64,000 nt of DNA. It comes from Octopus vulgaris (lineage: Eukaryota). The notes under the pieces are model-generated. The model saw only the letters and a list, made by a program, of their open reading frames with translations, was not told where the DNA came from and did not search any database. Positions 41,076 to 54,480 of the stretch are shown piece after piece. The stretch is taken from contig OX597814.1 of NCBI GenBank assembly GCA_951406725.2, positions 189,348,001 to 189,412,000 on the forward strand, written 5' to 3'. The position numbers and the translations under genes were made by a program. Numbering within the stretch: the first letter of the stretch is position 1; each line of letters begins with the position of its first letter.

Positions 41076-42053
41076 AATGTTCATTAAAATTCATCAATAT
41101 ATGTTATCACTTCGATTACCATTCTTCTACCCTGTTTATGCTAGTAATCTTTAGTAGTATTTAGAATCTATTGACTGTTAGTCATTGTACTCTTAATTTC
41201 GTTATGCGCTTGTATGCTTGCATAGTTGCTATTTTCTGAGATAAGGTACTTATAGTTGAATAGATGTTGGGTTTACGTGTCTGAAATAGTCATTAAAATT
41301 AATCCACTTTGCATCGTATATTATTAAATCATTAACAAACAACCATATCTCCGTTGGCAGTTTATGTACATCGTCCCAAGGATTCAATGCATGCGATCTT
41401 ATAGCAGTAGGCAATACGATATATATTTGATACTGTTTAAGCTACTTCATCAATATCCCTTCTCACTAATTTATCTATTCAACGACAATGTTGCATAGAT
41501 CAGTTATTGAATGCACAACATAAACAGCTACATTAATCCGTTAAACTTACTAACGCACCAAGATCTTTGACATGGTATTCATACAACATGATTTGTCAAA
41601 AAACAATCACAACCCATTTACTCCCACAGAGACCGATTTTGCAATATAAATCAACACATTCAAACCTAATAACTATTTTAACAGCAAGTGCTTCATTCTT
41701 CGCTAATCGCTTCAGCTGGTGTGAGCATAAAACAGTTTGGAAGTGTATTTCCCGCTAAAATCATGCTTTACTGGTTTAGAATAATACATGGATTGCTATG
41801 GATATGTATCTTATCTTCACATTTTCTTATCCGTGCTGTATACACACAATCTAAACTAAATGATATTATATTTCCTTTGTAAACCATATATCATGCTTGC
41901 ACATTGCAGTTATGTTCCTAGAACGGATGTTTTATTAGTATAACTTTCTGTATTCTGCTGGTTAATTAAGTTATCTCTATATAAGCCTGTAAAGTCCATT
42001 TATATGTGTGTGTGTACGCGTGCATATTTATACATACATACATACATACATGC

Positions 42054-42096
<43 letters not shown>

Positions 42097-42099
<3 letters not shown>

Positions 42100-42270
42100 G
42101 GAGAGTTCACGAAAAAAACAAAAGACGAAGACAGGTGGTGTATAAAACAAACAGATGTATTAGTATAACGCTCAGGAAATTGGAAAAGTCTTTTACGTTT
42201 CGAGCCTACGCTCTTCTACAGAAAGGGACACAGAAAAAAACAAGGAGAGAAACAAGGAGAAAAAATCAAC
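42097..42270 (-). mobile_element. Second copy of the 16861 repeat; hammerhead-like motif at 42190-42225
   Basis: Minus strand CTTT-CTGTAGA-A-GAGC-GTAG-GCTC-GAAA-CGT-A-AAAG. Abuts a (TA)n(TG)n tract. Confidence 0.65.
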
Positions 42271-44517
42271 AATGATATTGAAATTAAATATGCAAAATTA
42301 CTTAGAAGTTAGAATTCTAAGCCGAAGGAGAACTTTACAGACGCAAGCAGTAAAAATGAAAATGATTTAAAATATTAGGAAATATTTAAGCCGTATTATG
42401 GTGCAGGGGCTTGCGGTGATTTTAAGTTGTGCTTTCCCCTGCGTTCCCACAATTATGTAAATTTACACTAAAGCTAATCCAACGAGGAAAAAAATGTATA
42501 GTACAAGATTATATCTACGGAGAAATTGGAATGTTAGTAAACTCCTAAATAAATCCTTATGTAAACGTTCATCTACTAGGGTCTTTTATTTGACAGTAAC
42601 TATACGAGTCCACATTCTTGGCGCCTTCACAGTATGTAGAAAAACAAGTGAAACTAGAACTGTTTTGGTCATTCGGATTCAGTGTTGTATGCGTTAGTTT
42701 AATGTCTGTGTAGGACATCGATAGACATTCAAATAGATTTAGATATTATTCCGAATATGCAGAGGAATATGTATGTGTGTACAAAATTTTTGTGCGTGTG
42801 AGTATTTTTAATGCATGCTGATATCAAGATGTGATAATGGGTTCCTACGGCCAGATTGTTTATATATATATCCACTAGATCTTATATACGTATTATGCTA
42901 AGAAATCGTATCAGTCTTTGCGACTAACCTCATGTGACACAAGTGTGGGAATGCAAAAATAAATATAATTGTGTTTTTATATATTGTCACCGTATTTATA
43001 TTAATATAATGGCCTTCATATTAACTGCGTATTTAAATAGTTGAATGTTTTCTTATATATCACTCTATTATAATGAAGGAAGATGTTTATTTTTCGAAGT
43101 ATGTTTATACACGCATAGATTACTAATATATTTCAAATGAGGTATTAAATGAACTGAAAATAGCTCATACATTCTGTCTTACAAGTTTGATATAATCTTC
43201 GGTTAACCTGAGAATACGATATATGAGTGAATTCGTTAATGTGGAAGAAGAGATTTTTCCATAATCTTATCAAGTCTCCTTATTCTAAACGATGGATATG
43301 ACGGATTGTCTACTGTAGATTGATTCGTTGAACATTGGTATTTAGTACAACATTTGAAAGGTAACGAACAGAATTATAGAAAGATGCAGTTCTTTTGAGA
43401 AAGTATTTGGGAAATAGTGTACTAGGCAGGGAAAAGTGACCCTGGATAGGTTTTCAATAAATAATGTTTGTGTGCAACCTGCCAGCGTGTTGTATCAATA
43501 ATCTATTTTACTGACCAGAATCATCAGACTTGGGGGCTTATATTCACTTTCATAGCCAAGTACATTTGAATAAAATGTCAATGAAGCATAGGTGTGGATA
43601 TACACGTATTTAGAGTATCAAAATGTCAGCTATAAAAGAAAATGTCTCGTACGTCTAAAACCTTAAAACAGTAAAGCCGAGTACAGGTTCTACTAATGGT
43701 CGAAGTTTAACCTGCATAAATGCAATGAAACCATTAAACTGAATCAAGATATATTAGTTTTCATTCTTTTTTATTTATTTTTTGTTTGCTCTTTTTGTTA
43801 CTTTGGTTGTTATTCTTTACTAGTTCCCATGAATCATCGGAAAATACGATATCCGCAGAGATATATGGTATTGAATTTTTGAAACGTTAATTTCTAATGA
43901 TTTATTTTTTATTATCTCGTTCACGCTATTAGAAATTTTTTACCAAATATTTCGTAGAAGATACAGCGCTAAAAAAAATTGTTCAAATTAATATTCTTAA
44001 TACTAACACGTTTCAAAAGTTAGAATTGGGGAAACGATAGCAAATTCAATTAAAGTTACTGCATCCTTTATTTGCTTAAATATTACTTAAACACGTCAAA
44101 CACAAATTTTGCTTCTTTTCTCTCCTTTTACAAAATTTGAAATTTGATCATAAGAAAAAGATTGAGAATTCATTGCTGTAAACTAATGTTTATCTTTCAA
44201 TTTAATATACCATTTTTGTTAAATGTATTCGTATTTCCTATATATAAATCTCCTGAAACGCGAATCTATTCTAACAACTATATTTATGTTTGACTAAATA
44301 TAATTTCTACTCTCAATCTGTAACGTTTTCAATTCCATGTATGTGTATTTCGGATATCATTTTAGTTTCCAGAACAAATGTCGATATGTGAACCAATTTA
44401 AGCTTTCCAAACATCTTTATGTCAACGGCTTTGTGCGCTTGACCAAATACATATTTTTGTTGCTTTTTTCCATATATTTTCATTCAACAATTAATACAAT
44501 TAAATAAATTTACTTAC

Positions 44518-44575
44518 CCATAGGATGTCTGTGGTCCATGTGGTTTAACGTATGTATTCCCTGAATCCCATGGAA
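44518..44575 (-). CDS. Candidate 58-nt internal exon of an unidentified gene
   Basis: Acceptor ctcttttttttttctcttttgcAG and donor GG|gtaagt. Two open frames: xPWDSGNTYVKPHGPQTSYG or FHGIQGIHTLNHMDHRHPM. Lies in a TE-poor island. Confidence 0.7.
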
Positions 44576-44924
44576 CTGCAAAAGAGAAAAAAAAAAGAGT
44601 TCTTTATAATTTATATTTCCGTAGAAACAGTAACAGAAAGTCTTTCTAGCGTAGTCACATGCCGCAAATACTGAAAAGTAAATATTTAGGATTATAATTG
44701 ATAAAGCGTTTTATAGTAAACAGAAGAGGCTAGAGAGTCGCAAAAGAAGTGGAGCATCGCATAGACAATAACTGTTAACTTCGTTTTACATGTCGCTAAA
44801 GTACCAGTCTTGGATTGATAATTGATTAAACATGACAAAGACTACCGGAATCTATGGCGCGCTTTTATACAATACCTATGCCTCTCAGAAATAAATATTA
44901 ACAATATTAATCACATTTATAATA

Positions 44925-44926
44925 AA

Positions 44927-44974
<48 letters not shown>

Positions 44975-45325
44975 CCTTTCTCTTATAGGCACAAGGCCTG
45001 AAATTTTGAGGAAGGGGGATAAGTCGATTACATCGATCTCAGTTCGTAGCTGGTAATTATTTCATCAACCCCAAAAGGATGAAAAGCAAAGTCGACCTCG
45101 GCGGAATTTGAACTCAGAACGTAGCGACAGGCGAAATACCTATTTCTTTACTACCCACAAGGGGCTAAACACAGAGAGGATAAACAAGGACAGACAAACG
45201 GATTAAGTCGATCATATCGATCCCAGTGGATAACTGGTACTTATTTAATCGATCCCGAAAGGATGAAAGGCAAAGTCGATCTCGGCGGAATTTGAACTCA
45301 GAACGTAACGACAGACGAAATACTG
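44925..45325 (-). mobile_element. SINE group C dimer with short tail and (ATT)n
   Basis: Junction CGAAATACC|TATTTCTTTAC near 45140. Confidence 0.88.
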
Positions 45326-45334
45326 CCTTCATTC

Positions 45335-45570
45335 TTAAAGAACACTTATTCAGGGACCGTTTGAGTGAGATAGGCTACTTGACCTGAAGAAGATTGTAGA
45401 TGGGCCCCGCCTGCAAGGTCATGCGTTGTTTATCTTGATACAAGGTCAACATGTCGCGCATATCGTTGTGATGCATGTGCCTGGTGTACTCTTATCAGAC
45501 GGGTAGTCACGATCGTTATATTTATACCCCAGTGTCACTTTGATTGCAAGCATTGCTCAATAATAGTAAT
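45335..45570 (+). mobile_element. Retroposon group E, diverged
   Basis: Homologous to 10093-10362 in the opposite orientation. Confidence 0.7.
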
Positions 45571-45725
45571 CTTTTTTCTACTATAGGCTTACGGCCTGAA
45601 ATTTTGGAGGAAGTCGACAGTCGATGTTTCTTGGTACTTAATTTATTGACTCCGAAAGGTTGAAAGGCAAAGTCAACCCCGGCGACATTTGAACTCTGAA
45701 GGCAAAGACGGACGAAATGTCGTTC
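45570..45725 (-). mobile_element. SINE group C, diverged
   Basis: GGTACTTAATTTATTGACTCCGAAAGGTTGAAAGGCAAAGTC. Confidence 0.75.
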
Positions 45726-46235
45726 AATATCATCATCATTCCCACCATCATTATGCTCTTACTAATTTCATGCGAGTCATTACTGCGAGTCATTTCATGC
45801 GAGTCATTACTTTCAGATGTGAACAGTAATGACTCATAGGCGAGTAGAATTGTGTTTGTATAGGACCTGTGTGTTACCTTGCTCTCTTGTTTCTGGTGTA
45901 AGAGTAGTGTTTCGTCTGTTAGTTGTGTAGAATATGTGCAATATGGTTTATGTTCTTTTGTTTCGTTGGATGGTAATAGTGTTTTGTATTGAGCTTTTAT
46001 GTAGATATTTGTATTATGTGATATTCTCATTGTCATTTCTTCGTTTATTAATGAACACAAGGAACATCTACATAAAACAACATTTACATTAAAATAGGCA
46101 TTGGTATTTTCAAGTACCTACGGTAAACAAAGTAACTGTAACAAAATTTTGAATACCTCAGCAACCTCACGATTTACATAGAAAATTCATAGTTTCGTTC
46201 CACATGTAAGAAGTTACAGGAGAAATGAAATCGTT

Positions 46236-46455
46236 TCTGTGTTTGTCCCACCACCACCACCACCGCTTGACAACCGATGTTGGTATGTTTGCATTCCCGT
46301 AATTTAGCGGTTCGACAAAAAGACCGGTAGAATAAGTGCCAGCCTTAAAAAAAGGAGCGTTGGGGGTCGATTCATTCGGCTAAAAGTTACAAGGTGGTGC
46401 CCTAGCGTGGCCGCAGTCTAATGCTTGAAAGAAGCAAAAGATAAAAGATTAAAGA
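46236..46455 (+). mobile_element. SINE group D, 3' half
   Basis: CGCTTGACAACCGATG..TTAGCGGTTCG..GGCCGCAGTC. Confidence 0.75.
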
Positions 46456-47327
46456 TGCAATTTCAACTTTGGAGATGATTTGTCAGCGCTCCAATTTGAA
46501 TTTCGATTGAAGCTACTCCGTTTAATGCTGTGATGCTGTATGAGGGACATGAAATTCTAGAAATAATGACGAGACATATGTACTATCACCCAAGCTGCTA
46601 GTAATAGCAACTAAATAATGTTCAATTGAGAGTGAAAACATTTGACGGCCAGTGTTGGTCAGCCATATACATCGAAATGATTTCAAAACGGTTGCCGTTG
46701 CTATTGCTGCTGGTGTTATGTTGTGGGGATGCTTAACCCCAGGTCAATCATGGTTGATCAGTCGCGTATCATCAAAGCTATGACAGCCGTGGAAAGTCTC
46801 GTTTGTTAATCAGACAGAGAGCGTCTAGAAACACATTATCCTATGTATCGTTTACTTTAAAGACAATAGATCATGATCTGAAGGAAATGAGGGCCACTTT
46901 TTATAGCAGGTCGGATATGAAGGCACCCCGTCGTTGGCGTATAATTTTAAATGGTTACTCGGGTGTTGGTGATATTGGAGGAATTAAAGATGCTGTAGCT
47001 CTGGTGGAACAGTCAAAATGAAAAAAAAAAAAAGAAAAGAAAAGAGGAAAACCATACAGATAGAGCTTTTTCTTTGATTGATGACTGGATGATACGACCG
47101 AATTATACATGCAAAACTATGAATAGAGCGAAACGTTGCTTGAACTCTAAACTCGTATAGTTGATACAGTGCGTTGTGGTAGGTTCGGCGAATGTTATCA
47201 AATGCGCTAATTCTTTTTATTGATTCCAATAATGTTATTTTAATGAATTAAGTACACACGCTCCAACAGCCATGTAAACAAAGATATATAGTTGTGTACA
47301 TAAGTATAAATGTGTGTGTGTGTATAC

Positions 47328-47361
<34 letters not shown>

Positions 47362-47542
47362 GAAGAAGAAGAGAGAGAGAAAAAGACACAGACAGAGATA
47401 CAGAGAAAGCAATCCGACAATATACACATAGTAGTGTGTGTTTGTAAAGGGATGGATATATGAAGACATCTATATTTCTATATATATGCGTATATGCGTG
47501 TGCTTGCATATCGTATACCTACATACATACACACACACACAT

Positions 47543-47606
<64 letters not shown>

Positions 47607-48810
47607 GCATAATTACATTTTCACTAAAACATTTGTGTGGCTATATAAACATGTATCTGTTTATATTAGATTTAGGTAAGTTTTATTAACTCCCGCAAAT
47701 ACATCGCAATCCTCACTTTATTTTCTATAGAGTCTGAAAATAAATGTTCACAATTCAACAGGAATGGGATGATGGTACCACCGTATATATTGCTATTCAT
47801 AGCTGCCTTCCTCCTACAATGTGATATTTCGAGTTTTAAAAAGCTTACTCTGTGTACATTCCGTTATTATTCACACCAAACGCCTACATCTCTAGCTAGT
47901 AAATATATCCACGCTATGAATTAGATGAATGATATTCAGACTAAAATGTTTTTTTTCCTGTCAGTTGCCGTTGGCTTTTTGATATATCATCAAAGCACAC
48001 GCTCCGCAATAAGTACCATTGAAAATATTTTGAGATCCCTTTGCGCTTTTACTAAAAAAACTTAAGGCTTTTTTTTTTTCATATAATGAATTTTTATCAT
48101 AATTCTCAGTGCCCCATAAAATGAATTTTTATTTAAGAAAGGAAACAAGGTCAGAAATTTATTCAGCATGGCAATGGCCTTATGTTATAGCGATGCTTCT
48201 CTATCAATAGAATTAATAGCAGATGTGATGCAGAATAAAATATCCAAGGTGGGTTTTTCTACTATTGGTTCTGCCATATCGACAATTCAAGGAGGAAAAA
48301 AAAATACCACGAGCGAGAGGTGTTTGCTGCATCAACAGCAAAAAAAAAAGTCACAATGAGCGAGCTACGATGCAAAGATCCAAACGGCTCTCTGGGTGTT
48401 TTCTCTAAATGTTAAATAGCACAAGCGCGCGCACGCACATTTTTGTGTGTTTGCTCGCGTGTGTTTGTGTAGTCAAGCACTGTTGTTAGTCTACAGTGAA
48501 TAAATTGCCTCAATTTATTTTTACCAAGTACATCAAGCAGTGCTCAAGCATAGTCTTGGTTGTGACAGTCAAATACACATAAGAATCATGTTATCTTTAA
48601 AATTTTTAAAATGTGCGAGATTACATGATGGTAAGCGATTCATTAATGCTATTCCTTTCTTCCTTATGCAAAACCAAGTTTTTCAACTACGTATAGTGTT
48701 CGAATCAAGACATCGACGGTTTCTTTTATTTTCTGTCGCCAGTCATAATGCATGACTTTTACACCACTCGTCCTCGTGAATTTTATATTTTCAATATATT
48801 TTATATTTTC

Positions 48811-48982
48811 AGGCGTAGGTGTGACTCTGTGGTAAGTAGCTGGCTTACCAACCACATGGTTCCGGGTTCAGTCCCACTGCGTGTCACTTTGAGCAAGTGT
48901 ATTCTACTACAGCCTCGGGCCGACCAAAGCCTTGTGAGTGGATTTGGTAGACGGAAACTGAAAGAAGCCCGTCGTATATATG

Positions 48983-49074
<92 letters not shown>

Positions 49075-49272
49075 TGTGTGTCTGCGTTTGTTCCCCCAAC
49101 ATCGCTGGACAACCAGTGCTGGTGTGTTTATGTCCCCGTAACTTAGCTGTTCGGCAAAAGAGACCGATAGAATAAGTACTAGGCTTACAAAGAATAAGTC
49201 ATGGGGTCGATTTGCTCGGCTAAAGGCGGTGCTCCAGCATGGCCGCAGTCCATGTAAAAGAGTAAAAGAGTA
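48811..49272 (+). mobile_element. SINE group D, full length
   Basis: Complete head, (TA)n(TG)n and tail. Confidence 0.92.
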
Positions 49273-49358
49273 ATAGAGAGTGGACACAGGGCTAATTCTG
49301 TATTGCAGTACTACGTGGACTCAGCTACGTTGACCACACATTACTACCAACAGCGTAT

Positions 49359-49744
49359 GGAAGCACTCCGTCGGTTACGACGATGAGGGTTCCGGTTGAT
49401 CCGAATCAACGGAACAGCCTGCTCGTGAAATTAACGTGTAAGTGGCTGAGCACTCCACAGACACGTGTACCCTTAACGTAGTTCTCGGGGATATTCAGCG
49501 TGACACAGAGAGTGACAAGGCCGACCCCTTGAAATACAGGTACCACAGAAACAGGAAGTAAGAGTGAGAGAAAGTTGTGGTGAAAGAGTACAGCAGGGAT
49601 CACCACCATCCCCTGCCGGAGCCTCGTGGAGCTTTTAGGTGTTTTCGCTCAATAAACACTCACAAACGCCCGGTCTGGGAATCGAAACCGCGATCCTATG
49701 ACCGCGAGTCCGCTGCCCTAACCACTGGGCCATTGCGCCTCCAC
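49359..49744 (-). mobile_element. SINE group A, tail type 2
   Basis: 13-bp TSD ACCAACAGCGTAT at 49346-49358 and 49745-49757. No simple-repeat tail. Confidence 0.93.
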
Positions 49745-50504
49745 ACCAACAGCGTATACCCTGCCGGTAAACTACACAGTAACACCGACCACATCATTAT
49801 TATTATTATTGTTGTTGTCGTTGCTGATGTTGCTGTTGTTGGATAATTGGAGACTGTGGTAATTGTCCATTTGAAAAGCATTAGCCTACGCCCAAACTTA
49901 CAACGTCTGCACCCAAACAAGACACGGGTAAAGACCGACCGGCACATTCCCAAGATTTTAGCCTATGATTAAGAGCAATTCACGTTTTATGAGAAACAGA
50001 ATATTCCATCACACTCAAGTCGATTCATTGAAAGTGGTTTTATAATGAAATTTCTTGTTGATATAGACATTTATTACCAATGATTTTTTAAAATTATTAT
50101 TACAGAGTCACGTACACAGAAACACGTTCTGAAAATATTTCATTATTTTCGACGAAGTCATTCAGATAATTTTTGTTTTTGTTTTTCTCTCTGGTTGGTA
50201 TAGACGGTCAGTTATTATATTCTATATACTGCAATACCATTTTATAAACATACTTCATAAATATTCGCCTCACTCCTCTGCAATAATTAGGACATATTTT
50301 CTTCAACAGGTATTCTCATGCTGTATCTGCTCATCTTTCTCATATCCTGTCTCAAAACTTGCACACAGACACACACACACATTTCTTAAAGAATTATTTA
50401 GGAGTACTCAGTATATGTAGAAAATGTATTTTTGCTATAGAAACGGTACCTTAGAGCTTGTCTAGGGATTAGAGTTCCACTCCACTGCGATCTTCGGACA
50501 AATC

Positions 50505-50551
50505 TCTTTCGCCTGAGGATCACCGTGCTGTGAAACTCCAGTCGCGAAAGA
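50505..50551 (+). ncRNA. Near-canonical minimal type-I hammerhead ribozyme motif
   Basis: TCTTTCGC/GCGAAAGA perfect 8-bp stem I, CTGAGGA core, TC-AC-CGTGCT-GT weak stem II, GAAA, ACT-CC-AGT stem III, GTC cleavage triplet at 50541-50543. Confidence 0.7.
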
Positions 50552-50618
50552 AAACCACTTGAGGTTCAATGAAAAAAACAATTATAACATTTATATACGA
50601 CACACGCGCATACACACA

Positions 50619-50653
<35 letters not shown>

Positions 50654-50673
50654 CAATAAAAATAATAATAATG

Positions 50674-50749
<76 letters not shown>

Positions 50750-50857
50750 TAATAATAATATGAGGGAATATTATTCCAAACTTATAATATGTAATTTTTC
50801 TAAATGGTAAAATTTAATTTTTCATCATTGAATTGATAAAAGGTGTTTTTTCTAAGT

Positions 50858-50914
<57 letters not shown>

Positions 50915-51926
50915 GAAAAATGCTACTCCTATGAAAACTTGCACTCAGGAATCCGCCAAAACACAAAGTAGGTAGAAAAGTTCCACACACACACACCGAC
51001 ATTAGATTGTTCAAATAAAACAACTTTTCCTGTTTCTGTTGCAAGATCTAGGAAGAAACCAGTATTACATACTGGTTCACCACTATTACATATATATATA
51101 CCTATATATTACTCGATATTAAATAAGTAAATAAATAAGGAATAGTTTGCTCAATTTTTTAGAAATTGAACTGGAAATATGGAGTAAGGGTTAATGTTGA
51201 CGACAAAATAAATACTGAGGTTAAAATAATAATATGAAACTTTTTTTAGAATCTTAAAAATTAAAGCTACTTGTAATTAAAAAAATTATATATATTGGGA
51301 ATTAAAAATAAAATTAAAAATCATTAATCATTCCGAAATTCTTAAAAATTAAAAATTAAGAATCAAAATCAAAAGTTAAATACTCAAATGTAAAATTAAC
51401 ATTAAAAATTAAAATTTAATAAGGTATTGAAAAAATTCTTTTTAAAAGTAATTCCAGCTTTGTAAAAAAATTTAGATTAAAAATAAAAAAAAATTTTTTT
51501 ATGAAAATAAAAATTTCGATATTAAAAAAAAACCTTATTAAAAAAAAAATTAGAATAAAAAAGTATTATAAAGTAAAAATATAAGATTTTAAAATATGAA
51601 TTGGAAAATTTAAAACTCGAAATTTTTTTTTAATGAGTGCTTAAAATTTTATAAAAATGTAACTTACACTTAACGGTAGAGATTAAAAAATGAAAAATAA
51701 AAGATTTAAAATAAAATGAAGTAAAATAAAATGTGAAATTGAAATGTTTTATGCCTTAAGAGGAGCGGCATGAATTATATACGTATATTATATACACACA
51801 CAAGCAAACGTACATGTGTGTGTGTGTAAACTATATATATATATATAATAAAAGAAGGAAAATGCACAGTTTACATAGTCTTAATATATTTTAAAATATA
51901 TTTCATAAATGAAAGACCATTGTGTT

Positions 51927-51959
51927 TGTCGGCCGGTTTCGCTTTCGCTAATCATGACA
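51927..51959 (-). ncRNA. Minimal type-I hammerhead-like motif with A3-U8 covariation
   Basis: Minus strand TGTC-ATGATTA-GC-GAAA-GC-GAAA-CCGG-C-C-GACA, about 80 nt from a (TA)n tract. Confidence 0.55.
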
Positions 51960-52347
51960 TTGTTATCATTATAATTTCGTATTTTTGTAAGAAGATTTTC
52001 GTCCATGTTCTTGTATGAAATTTTGTGAATAAATCCACAAGTACAAAGCTAAGGGAAGGTAATTAGTGATCGCTATTATTCGGGATAGAGGAAGTAATTC
52101 CTCTTTTTTGGGGGTGAGGATGAACAAATATACAAAAACTCAAAAGCTAAAGTTGTGAGATGAAATGTGTACAGTGATGGGTGTGTAATCATGATATATA
52201 CACACATATATGAATACATTTACATACAAACTATATAAACCCGTCATAGGTACAGGAAACTCATTCACAGGCACAACTCCTCATTTAGAATTTGGAGGAA
52301 GCAAAAAGTCACGGACCACTCTAGCCAAATATGGGACTTAAAAGACA

Positions 52348-52842
52348 TCTATACCATCAAATTGAAAGCACAATCACCATGCCAACGGCTGCAGTAAGTG
52401 CAGTCTGTGCAACACAGAAATGTTGCTCATCTTGAAGAGCTTACTGAACGGTTTAAGGGGCGGTAGATGGGGCGGATTGGTGCCAAAATTTACACTGGGG
52501 GTAAAATGAGGTGGGCAGTGATTTGAGGGGGTTGCAAGTCGCTCGAGGCTACCGTTTGGTTGCTATGGTGAGGAATATGGGAAAAATTGTGTCTTATGGG
52601 ATAGACAGGTTGCGCTGTTTGAATAATGGTGGCTTTTCGTGTAGCTGCAGGGACTAGAGGCGGTTATCTTTAATTGTAGGTGTAATAATCTGGGGGATTT
52701 TGGAAAGGGGGTGGGTAAAGAAGAGGGCAATAAAAAGAACCAGGCAAAGAAGACGAACAAAAGAAGAAAGGGAAAACGAGACAACACGCACAAAACACCA
52801 CCACCACCGAAACCCGAGTGAAGCACGGGACAAAATAGCTAG
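52348..52842 (+). mobile_element. Probable non-autonomous Helitron
   Basis: The 3' end CCCGAGTGAAGCACGGG..CTAG|T is clear. The 5' A|TCTATAC at 52348 is tentative. Confidence 0.55.
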
Positions 52843-52935
52843 TATATTAATATTATTGTAACGTTATTATCAGTCCGAATACGCTTGAGACACGTTCGAA
52901 CAAGCTACTCACTGCGTTTTGTCAAGGAAAATATA

Positions 52936-53162
52936 TATTTCTTTACTACCCACAAGGGGCTAAACACAGATGGGACAAACAAGGACAGACAAACGGATTA
53001 AGTCGATTATATCGACCCCAGTGCGTAACTGGTACTTAATTTATCGACCCCGAAAGGATGAAAGGCAAAGTCGACCTTGGCGGATTTTGAACTCAGAACG
53101 TAACGGCAGACGAAATACGGCTACGCATTTTGCCCGGCGTGCTAACGATTCTGCCAGCTCGT
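52936..53162 (-). mobile_element. SINE group C, long tail
   Basis: Reverse-complement copy, near full length. Confidence 0.9.
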
Positions 53163-53429
53163 TCACCGGTTCGAACGTACCTCAACTGCATTTTATTTAT
53201 CACTGCTTAGCGCTCCCCCTCTGTAGTTAATATTTTTTATATGTTTATAGATATTGTATTTTTATATTTTTACATTTCTCTTGTGTGCTTGCCCTCATGG
53301 TATATGTTAATATCAACAAGTACAGACATTTTTTGTGGTCGAACCCCGACTCTTAGGAGAAAGGAAATAAATATTCAGCTGAGCTAGGCGAGTGGCTTCA
53401 TCAGGGAATCAACCAACTGGAACGCTGGA

Positions 53430-53700
53430 CGGCGATCAGACAAAGACAAGTTACCAAGACCTTTGAACAAAACAAATGACGTATGCAGAAAATAAATCAC
53501 CATTGAGCACTGGATCACTACAGGTTTAAAAGAAGTGATCAAAGTAATCGATAAAAAAAAAAGATGTCACCAGGATTTCGACCGAACGGAACGCTTGACA
53601 ATTGCCAAACTAGATATGTGACCAGAGGCAGCCAGCCGGGAGGACAAAAGAAGAGATGTCATTAGATTTATTGGAATCAGAACTTGGACCTACATCTTAA
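53430..53700 (+). mobile_element. Highly decayed RTE LINE ORF2 C-terminal remnant
   Basis: Fragments resemble IRQR..DV..KI..W..GH..R and R...G.QKKR (RTE 'WAGH..R', 'GRP..RW' pattern), with many disruptions. Confidence 0.4.
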
Positions 53701-54446
53701 AGAGTTTATACACACAAAGCAATTTTATCTTAAAACAGTTCCTACCAGCAAAAGCATCGGCGAAGAATCCTCCTTCATGCATTACTAAAGAATTTGTAAA
53801 TATTTTATTTACTTTCCCTTCTTTTACAGTTCCAAAATTTCGTCATATCCAAATGCTAATACAACTCAATATTATTGAACTTTCAATCATGTGAGACTGT
53901 TACGAAATTCATTGAATATTTGAGCTTTTGATGATGTCTATCTCTGAAATTTATTGAATATTGGAATTTATATGATCATTTGATTTTTTTAAGCCTGTTT
54001 TTCCGAATTTTCCCTTCTATAACTGCAAAACCTCTCTAACATTTTTATTTACCATTGACTATCGGTGGTGCTCAGCATGACCTCAGCTCTCGAGCTGAAG
54101 CTAATAAAGACCAAAGGAAGCTAGTAAAGGATGGAGGATGAATAAAAAAAAAATTGTGAAACCGGTTTGGTATTTCAATAAATTTGTTACAAAATTTAAA
54201 AACAACCTGTTTTAAGACTTGGGTGAATTTTCAACTTTCAAACCAATTATCGTATATTCTTTCCTGTGTGTAAATACACTTCTCCCCATACATACATACA
54301 TACATACATACATACATACACACACACACATACATATATACATACATATATACATACATACATACATATATACATGCATATATACATACATATATACATA
54401 TATACATACATACATATATATATATATACATATATACATACATATA

Positions 54447-54480
<34 letters not shown>

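Noticed and set aside
48168-48359. 63-aa ATG ORF in TE-poor DNA
   Set aside because: No recognisable motif, ends in an A-run, no convincing splice pair.
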